From: Stegostoma tigrinum
Lineage: Eukaryota
Length of the DNA: 64,000 nucleotides
NCBI RefSeq assembly: GCF_030684315.1
Contig: NC_081356.1
Coordinates: forward strand, 132,978,933 to 133,042,932
Reading direction: 5' to 3'
Shown: positions 38,569 to 51,029 of the stretch, piece by piece
How the letters are laid out: each line of letters opens with the position of its first letter
How positions within the stretch are numbered: position 1 is the first letter of the stretch
Notes under the pieces: generated by a model
Seen by the model: only the letters and a program-made list of their open reading frames with translations
Databases searched by the model: none
What the model was told of the DNA's origin: nothing
Translations under genes and position numbers: made by a program

Positions 38569-39705
38569 GTAGAGTAATTCGTCGTTGAAATAAGCATGGT
38601 GGTAGAAATGCTGTGGTTCGGGTTTGAATTGAACACCTCTTGCTCATAGTCAGAATACAGCCCACTGCTGCTAAGTTGCTAACATGGTTTGGCCTTTTAA
38701 GAAGCTGCTCGAACATTCAGAGTGGAAAAGTGTTCATCGTTTCTGAGCAGCATTCGTCAACTTCCAGCTGTTTATAAATCTCAAGCTCCAGATTCATCTG
38801 TGATCTCCCTTCTACAAATTAACTTGCAATTCACGCTCATGTAAAATGAAAATGTTGCCCATTTTTATCACAGTGGAAACTTTGTGTTATAATGAATGTT
38901 CTTTTGTGGGTAATATTGAAATGTTACCACTTGCATCGACTGCTGATTATAAAAGGGAAGTTTTAGTGAACAAAAGTTTTCTCCCTTGCTCTCCAAGCAG
39001 TTGAATTTCCATAGGGTGGGGATGTGATTTCCCGAATATTCTCCACTTTCTGAGATTTCAAAGTCCTGTAATATCCTCCAAAGTTACAGCAGATAAGAAG
39101 CCCCTGCAGGAATTTTCCTCTCATCTCCAATACTCTCCCTTCCTGCCCCGTGACTAGTTGAGCAAAGCTGAGCCAGACCTGCCTGGAATCATTTAACACT
39201 GTGATTCCTGACAGTTTCTGCAGCCCTCCCTGAGTTACAGGGGCTGACTACACCCTCGGTTCCAAGGGTGCCAGCCACATTCTGATGCCAAGTCAAGAGT
39301 GTCTCTCATGTTGGATTATTCAAGGGGTGAGATGAGTGATTTTTGTCTAAATCTGAGCATCATTTTTATTCACTGAGGGATGTGACCTTCTCTAGCTGGG
39401 CCAGCATTAATTGCCCATCCTTGGTTGTCCTTGAAAAGGCAGTGGTGAGTTGCCCTCTTGAAGTGTTTGTAGTCCATGTGTTGTACATACAGCTACAATG
39501 CCCTTAGGGATAGAATTCCAGAATTTGAACCAGCGACAGTTCACTACCACCTTCTCAAAGGCAACCAGGACCATTCAGCGAAACCCATAACCTATGAGTG
39601 AATAAGTAAAACAAACACAATGTTTTTGACTGTGACCTGGGTTTTTGCCATTTGCTTCCTTGTAATATTCCTTTGCAATATTTATGTTCCTTGTGCATTT
39701 TTCAG

Positions 39706-39759
39706 GAATGATCCAGGTTCGTCCCAAGATTGAACAGACCAAGCAGCTGTCTTGTCGAG
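39706..39759 (+). CDS. Candidate cytoplasmic exon (54 nt)
   Basis: Strong TTGTGCATTTTTCAG acceptor and GTACTG donor; open in phase 1, TGA at 39731 in phase 2. Confidence 0.3.
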
Positions 39760-40899
39760 GTACTGGCTGTACTGTAACTGAACCATTGATGTCCATTTCA
39801 GACACTGTAACTTAGGGAGTGTGTTGTATTAATACAGTGGGAACCCTGGACAGACACGCAGTGGCAGACTGCCCCCACATCACTGTTCAGTGTTGTATAC
39901 TGACTGCTCAGGTTGACTTGCTTGATTGACCTACTTTGTAACCTTCCTACCATTCAATGTAACTGAGTGAAAAGCAACACGTTTCCTGTTGAGGCCATCA
40001 TTAATTTTTCTTTTATTTTCATCATTTTTCCTCAGTTTGGAACTGAGTTAAAGTTGACAATTGAGCTTTGAACTTTGAACAACAATTTGTTTCAAAAAAA
40101 CAGGAGAGAACAAATGAGAAACTTTTACTGTCAGAATCTGGCCTGAAAGATAACACAGATCAATTTGTCATCATCAGCAATTACTTTCTAATGGGTATGA
40201 TCATCCACTAAGGAAATTCCATCTCACTTGTTGTGGGTTCTGTGGGTCATTGCATGACTAATGAGGCTGATCCAAAAGCCACGTCTCCGACTGCACATTT
40301 GACAGGTGTTTCCAGGAGGTCCTTGGCTGTGACATCATTGACATTCCTTTCTCCAATTCCTTTTCCATATTACCTCTGTTAACAGGGGTTCTCAATAAAT
40401 TGGGTCACTTCATAGAAGAGTGTCCTTTAAGTCAGTTTCTCTTGAATGAGAATTTCCCATGCATTGACATTAATGTTGTATTCCTTGAGGGAAAACTTCC
40501 GTGAGTCTATGAGATGCTTAGTTTGTCCTTTGATCCCTGATAAGTACCACCAACACTGATGCAGACTGTCCACATCAGCTGGGAGGAGAGGCAACAGCTT
40601 CCTTGAAGCAGCTAACAACAGATTAATTACTCCTCTAAGGACATTGTAGACAAGCTGAGATGTTGCTAAGCTTAGGAACTGCTAGCCAGTTGGGTGTTGA
40701 ATTGGTTAATCAAGGGGGGACTGGTGCTGGTCAGCCAGCAACAGAGAATGTTGAAAATAAAAGTAGACAATAGAGTGAAGTGACTGGGTTTTGTATGTTA
40801 TGTGAGTGTGGGAGAGAAGCGGTTTGCAAGATGGGAGAGACTGCAACTTTATTTTGTAAGCTTTCCAACTAGAGACTTTTTTGGTTTTTCTCTCTCCAG

Positions 40900-41373
40900 A
40901 TATTCTCCAGTCATCGACATGTTGAAAGATTTGAGAAGAGAATCCCTGTCTGTGAGGCAGAAATACACATCTCCAGAGGTCTGCAGAAGCTGTTTGCATT
41001 GGCAGTGTCTTTGGAATTCAAGCAAAAAATCCGATGTGCCTGTAATACATCTAATCATCTCAGGGTTTCATGAAGGCATTTTTCGTTAAAATGATCATTG
41101 AGCTACAAAATTACAATTCTTTAATTTTTTTTAAACTTTTCCCTTACATTTTTGTGTTAGTCTTTGTGTCTATGTGTGTGGTGTTTGATTGCATTTTTAT
41201 GATCAAAGTGGTTGGGGCTTGGATATTAATTACATTGCCTGAGAGTTTATCTGTGCTCTGGTAAGTTACATTTGCAATATTAAATGTTTAACTTCAAATA
41301 AAAACTTGGTGTCCAAAATCTGTTATTTGTAATGTCTCATTACAAAAATTCAGCAATTATGCGGATCAATAAA
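40900..41373 (+). other. Candidate terminal exon/3' UTR of the Ig receptor gene
   Basis: TTTTTCTCTCTCCAG acceptor at 40899; AATAAA at 41297 and 41368; the paralogous block at the window start also has AATAAA (11-16). Confidence 0.3.
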
Positions 41374-41457
41374 AGTTTGCTTTACATTGTGTTGTGAATC
41401 CAGTGCAAGTTGGATTTCGTTTGGCTTGCTATCCCTACGTGGTCCCATTCCAAACAG

Positions 41458-41543
41458 GAGATGCTGCTTGGCCTGCTGTGTTCATCCAGCCTCACATTTT
41501 ATTATCTTGGAATTCTCCAGCATCTGCAGTTCCCATTATCTCT
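41458..41543 (+). mobile_element. PLE family-1 tail fragment
   Basis: GAGATGCTGCTTGGCCTGCTGTGTTCATCCAGCC...CCCATTATCTCT. Confidence 0.85.
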
Positions 41544-43132
41544 GAAGCTAATTGGGACTGTTTAGATCATCGAGCAATCATTGGAGATGAAAATCCTCTC
41601 CTCAGTCACTGACTCTGGATGATCCTTGTACAATAACTATGTCCAATTTACCGAATGATCCTACTTAATAACCGAAAAGCCTGATTCTTGCTGACTCGAG
41701 CTGTTCATGGCCAGTCTGTGCGCTGCTTCTGCATGGGTCAAGGAAAAGTGTCCAGTTGGGTGTGCAACTAGCAGGGATTCTGTGAGGATCAGGTTCATAA
41801 TCTGGGCAGAGGAGGTCAATTCTCAACATGGCAACTTGTGAAATTTACTTTTAATTAATAAATATAGAACTAAAATTTCATCTTCATGAAGGTGATTGTC
41901 TGAACTGTCATTAGTTGTATAAAACATCTGGTTTACTAATATTCATCAGGGAAGCAAATCTACCATCTTTATCCAATCTGGCCTAAATATCACTTCAGGT
42001 CCCCATTTCAAACTTCAATGTGTTCTTTTAGGACGGATTGAATGTAATGTGTCTGACTCTGATTTGCCATCTGAAATCGCCAAGCAAGTCTCTCAGTTCG
42101 AGAGTAATCAAGGAAGGGCGAGAAATCTGGCCTTATCAGAGACACCCATTTACCTTGAAAGAATAGAAAAAAAATCAACTAAATCTGTTCTCACTCTCTG
42201 CTCACTTCCTGCACCCTCTAATATTCAGCCCTGGCTCCCCTCACTGTCTCTATCCCTGATTCCCTTTGACTCTCCCCAAGAGCCCAAAATTCCACCTGCT
42301 CCAATCTCATCTCTCCTGAATGTTTCTAACAGCTTGTGTAGTCCTACCCAGAATGAAACATATGAACATAGGGAATACGTACAGGCATAGACCATTCAGC
42401 CCCTCAAGCCTATTCCATCATTCAGGATGATCATTGTTGAACTTTATTAGCTTTTGATCTTTAGGTCATCCTCCACGATGTTTAATAATGTTTAAATGAG
42501 CCAACACCTTCTTAAATACAAATGATTCTGAGGTTCAGACCTCATCAATACTGTTTCAGAGTCTAATGGGTCATGGTTAATTATTTTATATCAGACATAT
42601 CTCCTTTGGAATGTTGCTTCAGTGTGGTAGCAAAATAAGCAATATCTGCTTCCTGTTTGGTAGTATCATACAGGATAGGAGGAGGCCACTCAGCCCTAAA
42701 TGGCTGTGTTGGTGCTTTGAAAAATCTAATTAAATTAGTCACACTCCCCATTTTCTTTCTCGAGTCTGGTGCATTGAACCTGTCTTGTGACCTCTGGTTC
42801 ATGTATCAACATCTTTGTCTGTGTCTATTTACTAATTGACTTTCCCTCTATTCGAAAGAGTTTGTCATGACTTTTGAAATACTTTTCTCGATGAGGCACA
42901 GCTCAGCTTAATTGGCTCTTCTTGAAGAAAAACAGCCACTAGTTACTCCAACGAACAGAAGTCTGTCTTCTCTGGAACCATTTAAGGTTTTATTTTACAC
43001 AAAAACATCCTCCCTAAAGCATAGTGCACAGATTTCATCATGCTTCTCCAGCTGGGCTCGAACAGATGTTTTAGAAATGTTCATCCTTGCTTTTCTGCTC
43101 AATGCCCTAGTCAATAAAAAAACAAACATTAT

Positions 43133-43191
43133 TGTGCTCCTGAGATGCTGCTTGGCCTGCTGTGTTCATCCAGCTACACACTTTGTTATCT
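43133..43191 (+). mobile_element. PLE family-1 tail fragment
   Basis: TGTGCTCCTGAGATGCTGC...TTTGTTATCT; flanked by AAAC(A/G)TT; absent at the paralogous site ~2285. Confidence 0.8.
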
Positions 43192-44040
43192 AAACGTTCT
43201 TTTTGCTTTTTTAAATCCATTTCAACTGAACTCCAAGCTTCAAACTCTTGTCATTCATCTCAAATGACTCCCAGTAGGTGGGCTGCTGAGGGTAACATGA
43301 GGATCAGATTCATGCTCTTGGGAGAGGGGTGTGCTTCCACCGTCTTTTAGGTCCTGAAACCATTGTTAAATCGTGTCATTTCAGTTATATCAGTTCAGTT
43401 CATTCTTCAGAAGCATAGGTACAGCAGTAAGACATTCAGCCTTTCAAGACTGTTCTGACTTTCAATGACATCTTGGCTAATCTGGGATCTGACTTTTACG
43501 ATCATTATATATCAATTCACCTTTCCTAGTGTTAATTTTCATTCGTCTGGCCATTTTACCAGGCTATGTGCTCCAGAGCCTGTTGATACTTCCTCACTCT
43601 TCACTGCTGTGACAACATCTACCTTTAAGGGGGATTTTTTTCTGTCCCATTACTCCTGAAGAGGGGCACTATAAACCCGGTCCCAAGTTGTCTGCTCCTT
43701 GGAAAACGGAGTAAATAACTTTGGAGTTACTTATAATTAGACAAAAGAAACATGAGTGGGTGGAGTCAGACACACACAGACCTAGAGTTTTTGCCTGCCT
43801 CTTTGTAGGTTATGTGGAACAGTCCCCCTTCCAATGCCTATACTGGCCCTAAACCACACGTCTTTCTCCGTTACATTGGTGACTGTATCGGCACTGCCTC
43901 ATGCTCCCATGAGGAACTGGAATAGTTCATGCATTTCACCACACTAGCGAGTTTTGAGAAGATTTGTAGCTCAGGTTGAGGTTCTGGATGTGAGTTTGCT
44001 CGCTGAGCTGGAAGGTTAGTTTTCAGACGTTTCGTCACCT

Positions 44041-47000
44041 TTCTTTATTTGAAAAAATATACTTTATTCATAGAATGTACAAAAGATAAAACATATTTAT
44101 ACACCTACCCAGTCATGCAAGCCGTTCCGGGTTACCCAGGGGGTACATACACCAACTAAAGGACAAAAACAAACAAAGAAGAAAAAAAACAAAGCAAACA
44201 CCCCGGCAGTCGTCTCCCCACACAGTCCCGTTGGCCCCCTGACCAGTTGGGGAAGGCGCCAGCGGGGCCCAGTTACCAGAGAGGGCCCTTTTTTCTATTC
44301 TGCACGAGGAGTTTCATACGGTGGTCTTTCCCCACCGCGCCTTGGCGGCGGCTGCCCCAAGCTTTAGCACGTCCCTCAGCACATAGTCCTGGACCTTGGA
44401 GTGCGCCAGTCTGCAACACTCGGTCGGGGTCAGTTCTTCCAGCTGGCAGACCAGCAAGTTGCGGGCAGACCAAAGAGCGTCTTTCACCGCATTGATGGTC
44501 CTCCAGGCGCAGTTGATGTTGGTCTCGGTGTGCGTCCCAGGAAACAGCCCATAGAGCACGGAGTCCCGCGTCACGGAGCTGCTCGGGACAAACCTTGACA
44601 AATACCACTGCATCCCCCTCCAGACCTCCTGCGCATAGGCACACTCCAGAAGGAGGTGATCGACAGTCTCGTCTCCCCCGCAGCCGCCTCGAGGGCAACG
44701 TTCGGTGGCGCAGAGATTCCGGACATGCACAAAGGATCTCACTGGCAGAGCCGCTCTCACCGCCAGCCAAGCAATGTCCCTGTGCTTGTTTGAAAGTTCT
44801 GGCGATGAGGCATTCTGCCAAACGACTTTGGCAGTCTGCGTGGGGAACCACACGACAGGATCCACCCGCTCCCTTTCCCGAAGGGTCTCGAGGATACTAT
44901 GTGCTGACCACTGCCTGACGGCCTTGTGATCAAAGGTGTTTCCCTTCAAAAATTTCTCCACGAAGGACAGGTGGTATGGGATGGTCCAACTACTCGGAGC
45001 GTTCCGCGGCAACGAGGCCAGGCCCATCCTTCACAACACCGGGGACAGGTAGAACCTCAGTAAGTAGTGACACTTGGAGTTTGTGTACTGAGGGTCTACG
45101 CACAGCTTGATGTAGCCGCACACAAAGGTAGCCGTCAGGGCGAGGGTGGCGTTTGGTACGCCCTTTCCCCCATTTTCCAGGTCTTTGTACATGGTGCCCC
45201 TGTGGACCCGGTCCATCCTCGACCCCCAAATGGAGTGGAAGATGGCCCGGGTGACCGCAGCAGCGCAGGTCCAGGGAATAGGCCAGGCCTGCGCCACATA
45301 CAACAGTACCGAAAGCCCCTCACACCTGACAACCAGGCTCTTACCCGCGATGGAGAGGGACCAGAGCGTCCACCTGCCCAGCTTCTGCTTCAGTTTGGTG
45401 ATACGCTCCTCCCAAGTCTTAGTGCACGCCCCAGCTCCACTGAACCAAACACCCAGCACCTTCAGGTAGTCTGTCCTGACGGTGAAGGGGGTGAAGGAGC
45501 GGTCGTTCCAGTTCCCGAAGAACATGACCTCGCTCTTACGCCTATTGACTTTGGCACCCGAGGCCAGTTCATACTGGCCGCAGATGTCCAACAGCCTACT
45601 CATCGACCAACGATCGGTGCAGAAGACGGCGATGTCGTCCATGTACAGGGAGGTCTTGACCTGAAGGCCTCCGCTGCCTGGGATAGTCACGCCCTTCAGG
45701 CTCACATCCTTCCTGATGGATGCCGCGAAGGGCTCCACACAGCATACGAACAAGGCAGGAGAGAGCGGGCAGCCCTGCCTGACTCCAGATTTGACGGGAA
45801 AACTGTCCGATTCCCACCCGTTGATCGAGACTGCGCTAATGATGTTGGTGTAGAGCAGCCGGATCCAATTGCGGATGCCCTCCCTGAACCCCAATTTGGA
45901 GAGGACGTCCCTCATGTAAGCATGAGAGACCCTGTCGAAGGCCTTCTCCTGGTCCAAGCTGACGAAGCAGGTGTCCACCCACCTGTCCTGCATGAAGGCG
46001 ATTGTATCCCTGATGAGCGCCAGGCTCTCAGCGATCTTCCTGCCTGGCACAGCACAGGTTTGGTGAAGGTGAATCACCGACTCCAGGACAGACCTGACCC
46101 GGTTGGCTCTGACCTTGGCCAGGATTTTGTAGTCCACGTTCAATAGTGAAATGGGACGCCAATTCTTAATTTCTTCCCTCTCCCCCTTCCTCTTGTAAAT
46201 GAGGGTGATGATGCCCTTCCTCATGGACTTGCACATTTCCCCTGCCCGAAGCGCACTATCGTACACCTCCAGCAGGTCCTGGCTGACCAGGTCCCACAGA
46301 GCGGAATACAGCTCGACCGGTAAGCCGTCGCTCCCCGGAGTCTTATTCCTCTCCAAGGACTTGAGGGCTCTGGTCAGCTTGTCGAGGGATTTCGGCCGGT
46401 CCAGCCACTCCCTCGTGCCGTCATCTAAGACCTCCGTGATAGACGACAGGAACGACTCGGAGGCCGTGCTGTCCGTGGGCTTCGCGTCGTACAGTCCGGC
46501 ATAGAAGGATCTGCTGACCCTCAAAATGTCGGGCCGAGACGACGTCACCGAGCAGTCGTCCTCCTTCAGCCGGCTAAGCACAGAGCTCTCTTTGTGCACC
46601 TTCTGAAAGAAGAAGTGAGAGCACGTTTCGTCCTGCTCCACGGAGCGGACCCTGGACCGGAAGATTATCCTGGAGGCCTCCGCGGCGAAGAGCGATGCTT
46701 GCTGGCCCCTCACCTCGCGGAGGTCCTCCGTGACATCGACCCCCATCAACTGCAGAAGGAGCAGGTTCTGCACCCTTTTCTGGAGTCGCGACAGCTTTCC
46801 CCGCCTCTCTCTTGCCTTCTGAACACCCTTGAGGACAAAGAACCTCTTGATGTTCTTCTTCACCGTCTCCCACCAGTCGCCCGGAGACTCAAAGAGGGGT
46901 TTCATGGTTCTCCAACCGGCGTACTCCCTCTTAAGCTCCTCGACGTTCTCTGGTGTCAACAGAGTCGTGTTGAGCTTCCACGTCCCCTTGCCGGCCGGCT

Positions 47001-48260
47001 GGTCATCCTGTAAGTGACAGTCGGCCAGCAGGAGGCAGTGGTCAGAGAAGAACACCGGCTCGACGCCGGTGGACCTGACCGAGAATGCCCCTGACACAAA
47101 CAGGAAGTCTATCCTTGAGCGAATAGACCCGTCTGGCCGCGACCAGGTGTACCTCCGCCGTGCTCCGTCTGCAGGGGTGCTGAAGACGTCGAGCAGCTTG
47201 GCGTTCTTCTCCGTGCCCATCAGGAATCTGGACGTGACGTCCAGTTGACTCCCCCCACCCGCTGTCCCCACCCAGATCTTCCATCTGCATCGATGATGCA
47301 GTTGAAGTCTCTGCCTAGGATGACCGGCCTGGACGTAGCCAGCAGGGGTGGAAGCTGCTGCAGGACGGCCAACCGCTCACTCCGTACCACTGGGGCGTAC
47401 ACGTTGATCAGCCTCAGGGGAGTGTTCCTGTAGGTGACATCAGCCACTAGGAGGCGCCCCCCACCACCTCCTGAACTTGAGAGATGGTGAAGTTGCAGGT
47501 CCAGATTCCTGATGGGCACGGTGAAGGACGCCAAGCTGCTCGACGCCGCAGCAGAATAGCCAGGCCCGAGGAGCGACAGTCGTTACCCCCCGACCAGATC
47601 GAAGGCCCACAGGTCCAGGCGCCGGACCATTTCCCGTACCTGCCGAGGTGCGGTATCCCGCACTCCTGCAGAAACAGGAGGTCCGCCTTGATGGTGGTCA
47701 GGTAGGCCAACGTGGACACACATCTTGCGGTGGACTTGACGCTGCACACATTAATGCTCGCAACTCGTACCCCCATTGTGGGCAATGCCCGCAGTACCCT
47801 CCCCGAGTCCAAGGTCCAGCCCCTCCATCTGTCCCTTCGTGCTATTGCCTGGGCTAACTGCTGGACGCTCTCCGGGCTGAGGAAACCGTCCGTGCTGCCT
47901 TCCGGGTGGCATCCCCCTGTCAGGGGTGTGGAGGCAGGAGAGTCCGGCTCTGGGTCAGGCTGGGGACGCGCTGTTTCCTCCTTCCCGCCTGGAAGTTCCG
48001 GGGGTCCCTCCAGGGCCCCAGCGGCACGAGACCTGGTGTCAGAGGGAGCCTCAGGATGCCTCCCATCACCTGGAATCAGGGTGCTGCTTTCCTTCTCCCT
48101 TGAGATCTTTAGCTTCTGCTTTGGGTGGGCCTCCTCCGAATCTCCCTCGTCGGAGGAGCTCTTATAGCCCCCCTGTAGCTGCCTCTTCCCGCCTGATGGT
48201 TGCGGTTCCTGGGCCCGCCGACACGCCTTCCTCCTCGCTTTCTGGACCATCGTTCACTCC
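44041..48260 (-). mobile_element. Young 5'-truncated Tx1-clade (L1 group) LINE: ORF1 tail + ORF2 (ATG 47776 to stop 44314, few frameshifts)
   Basis: APE endonuclease (VASINV, FLQE, INVYAP, DFNC, SRIDFLFV, SDH), RT (KTPGSDGLP, NWRPISLLNVDYKILAK, DQEKAFDRV, GVRQGCPLSP, YMDD), C-terminal CPRGGCGGDETVDHLLLEC; AATAAA and short A tail; CpG-rich. Confidence 0.95.
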
Positions 48261-48438
48261 CCTGGCATTCCAACCGGAACTCCATCAACAAACACATTGA
48301 TTTGGAGCCAATCTACCATCCCCTGAGAAAAAGAACAGGAAATGACATCACCAACACAGGAAATGACATCACCAACCCAAGGAAACCTAACCAGATAAAT
48401 AGAAAGCGGGACATAACACCAGCGCTTCGCCGGAGTCT

Positions 48439-48476
48439 CACTGATGATGTTACCTGGAATGGTGACGAAACGTCTG
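48439..48476 (+). ncRNA. Minimal type I hammerhead ribozyme motif (family 2)
   Basis: CA-CTGATGA-TGTTACC-TGGAAT-GGTGAC-GAAA-CG-TC-TG: 6-bp helix II, ACGT palindrome, CA/TG helix I. Confidence 0.8.
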
Positions 48477-50667
48477 AAAACTAACCTTCCAGCTCAGCGA
48501 GCAAACTCACATCCAGAATTTCACCATACTTTCCACCCCAACCTTAAGTTCACCTGGACCATTTCTAATACCTCACCCTCCTTCCTGAACCTCTCTGTCT
48601 CCATCTCCGGCAACCACCTTGAAACCAATAACCATTTCAAGTCCACCGACTCCCACAGCTACCTAGAATGCATCTCCTCCCACCCACCTTCCTGCAAAAA
48701 TGCAATCCCCTATTCCCAATTCATTTGTCTCTGCCACATCAACTCCCAGGATGAGGTATTCCACTCCCGCACATCTCAGATGTCCTCGTTTTTCAAAGAT
48801 CGCAACTTCCTCCCCTCAGTGGTCAAGAACTACACATTTCCCTCATTCCTCACACCCCGTCCCCACAACAACACCCAAAACAGAGTCCCCCTCATCCTCA
48901 TGTGCCACCCCACCAACTTCCGGATCCAACACATCATCCTCCAACACTTTTGCCATCTGCAATATGACCCCATCACCAAAGACATTTTTCCCTCCCCACC
49001 CTTATCTGCTTTCCAGAGGGACCACTCTCTCCGTGATTCCCTTGTCAGCTCCACACTCCCCTCCAGCCCCACCTCACCTGGCACTTTTCCCTACAACTGC
49101 AGGAAGTGCTACTCGTGCCCCTACACCTCCCACTTCACCCCCATCCCAGGCCCCAAGAAGACTTTCCACATCAAGCATATGTTAACTTGCACATCTGCTA
49201 ATGTAGTATACTGCATCTGCTGTCCCCGTTGCGGCTTCCTCTACATCGGGGAAACTAAGCGGAGGCTTGGGGACTGCTTTGCAGAACACCTACGCCCGGT
49301 TTGCACTAAACAACTGCACTTCCCATTCGCGAGCCATTTCAACTCCCCCTCCCATTTCTCAGATGACATGTTCATCTTGTGCCTCCTGCAGTGCCACAAC
49401 GATGCCACCCAAAGGTTGCAGGAACAACAATTCATATTCCACTTGGGAACCCTGCGGCCCAATGTTATCATTGTGGACTTCACAAACTTCAAAATCTCCC
49501 CTCCCTCTACCACATCCCAAAACCAGCCCAGCTCATCCCCACCTCCCTAACCTGTCCTTCCTCCCACCTATCCCCTCCTCCCACCTCAAGCCCCATCTCC
49601 ATCTCCTACCTACTGACCTCAGCCCAGCCCCTTGACCTGGCTGTCCTCCCTGAACTGACCTATCTCCTCCTTAGCTATACTCACCTTTACTGGCTCCATC
49701 CCCACCTCGTTTGCCTGTCTGCCTCCTCTCCACCTGTCTTCTCCTCTATCCATCTTCTATCTGCCTCCCCCTCTCTCCCCATTTATTTCAGAACACCCTT
49801 CCCCTTCCCCCATTTCTGAAGAACGGTCTAGGCCCGAAACGTCAGCTTTCCTGCTCCTCTGATGCTGCTTGGCCAGCTGTGTTCTTCCAGCTCTTCACCC
49901 TGTTACCTAAATGATAGTTTGACACCATAAGTTAAATTATCAGAACAAGTTAAACAAGTAAAAGAGAGACTCATTGCGACATAGAAAAAAGCTGTTTTGC
50001 TCATTAAGTCCAATCTGACTCTCTGAAAATAGCCATTTCTCCAAATCAATCCTTTCATGATATTTTGTTTGTCTATCAATTATTCTGGTACATCTGTGCT
50101 CCATGCTTGCAAAAGCTCTCACATCCTTCCTGCCCACAGTTGTAGTAAATCGAGTTGGATACAATGCTTGACTGTGACCTAACCAGAAATTTACCAGTGT
50201 CTTTTCCACGAGTTTGTTTTCATTAATGGATCCCAAGGTCCCATATATTGTGCTAACTGCCCTTTGATTATGTTCTCTCACTTTCAAAGGTTTGTGTACA
50301 TTGACCCCCTGCTCCGTCTGTCCCTACACACTCTTTACATCTGTGTCATTCAAATATATATTCACTCTTAGCATTGCTTCTCTCAAAATACATCAACTCT
50401 CTGTGCATTCTAAAGAAAACATATATTCAACTCAAAATGTTAACTCTTGCTGCACAATTTCGGCCACGTCGGACACAGAATAGGAAAACAACAAAACAGG
50501 CCCTTTGGCCTACCATGACATGGAACATAGAACAAAGAACAATACAAAACAAAATGGGTCCTTCATTCCATGATGTTGTGCCAAACATATCCCCCTGCTG
50601 CCTGCCCTTGGAGCGTACCTCTCTTTTCCATGCGTATTCATATATTTGTCTAAATGCCCCATAAATT

Positions 50668-51025
50668 TTTCTTTATTCATTCACAGCATGAGGGTGTCAC
50701 TGGTCAGGCAGCATTTATTGCCCATCCCTAATTTGCCACAGGGCAGTTGAGTCAACCAAACTGCTGTGGGTTTGGTGTCACATGTTGGCCAGACCAGGTA
50801 AGGATGGCAGTTTTCTTCTCTAAAGGATATTAGTGAACCAGATGGGTTTTTCCCCAACAATCAACATGAATTCATGGTCATCATTAGATTCTTAATTCCA
50901 AATATTTATTGAATTCAAATTCCACTATCTGCTGTGGTGGGATTCGAACCCCAGTCCCCAGAACATTATCTGGGTCTCTAGATTAATAGTCCAGCAATAA
51001 TGCTGGTAGGACATCATCCCCCCCT
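50668..51025 (-). mobile_element. SacSINE1-like DeuSINE
   Basis: Reverse complement of the element at 30281-30629. Confidence 0.8.
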
Positions 51026-51029
51026 ATTT

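Larger units (their letters stand above)
41280..43330 (+). repeat. Segmental paralog of 1-2330
   Basis: Same colinear matches; lacks the HE1 SINE (196-500) and the PLE tail (1172-1331) found in the first copy. Confidence 0.85.
43946..48517. mobile_element. PLE family-2 inverted insertion (minus 43946-44039; plus 48261-48517) enclosing the Tx1
   Basis: TSD ATTTCACCA(C/T)ACT at 43933-43945/48518-48530; arms are reverse complements (GGTGACGAAACGTCTGAAAACTAACCTTCCAGCTCAGCGAGCAAACTCACATCCAGAA); AWHSNRNSINKHIDLEPIY ORF end. Confidence 0.85.
43792..49910 (+). mobile_element. PLE family-1 element (43792-43945 + 48519-49910) split by nested PLE-2 and Tx1
   Basis: Left piece matches the PLE RT region at 54301-54450; right piece continues FHPNLKFTW...NVVYCICCPRCGFLYIGETKRRLGDCFAEH (GIY-YIG) and ends in an HHR tail at 49815-49910. 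Confidence 0.9.

Noticed and set aside
45067-46146. 359-aa plus-strand ORF and other ORFs overlapping Tx1
   Set aside because: Antisense shadows of a GC-rich Tx1 ORF2, with no independent motifs
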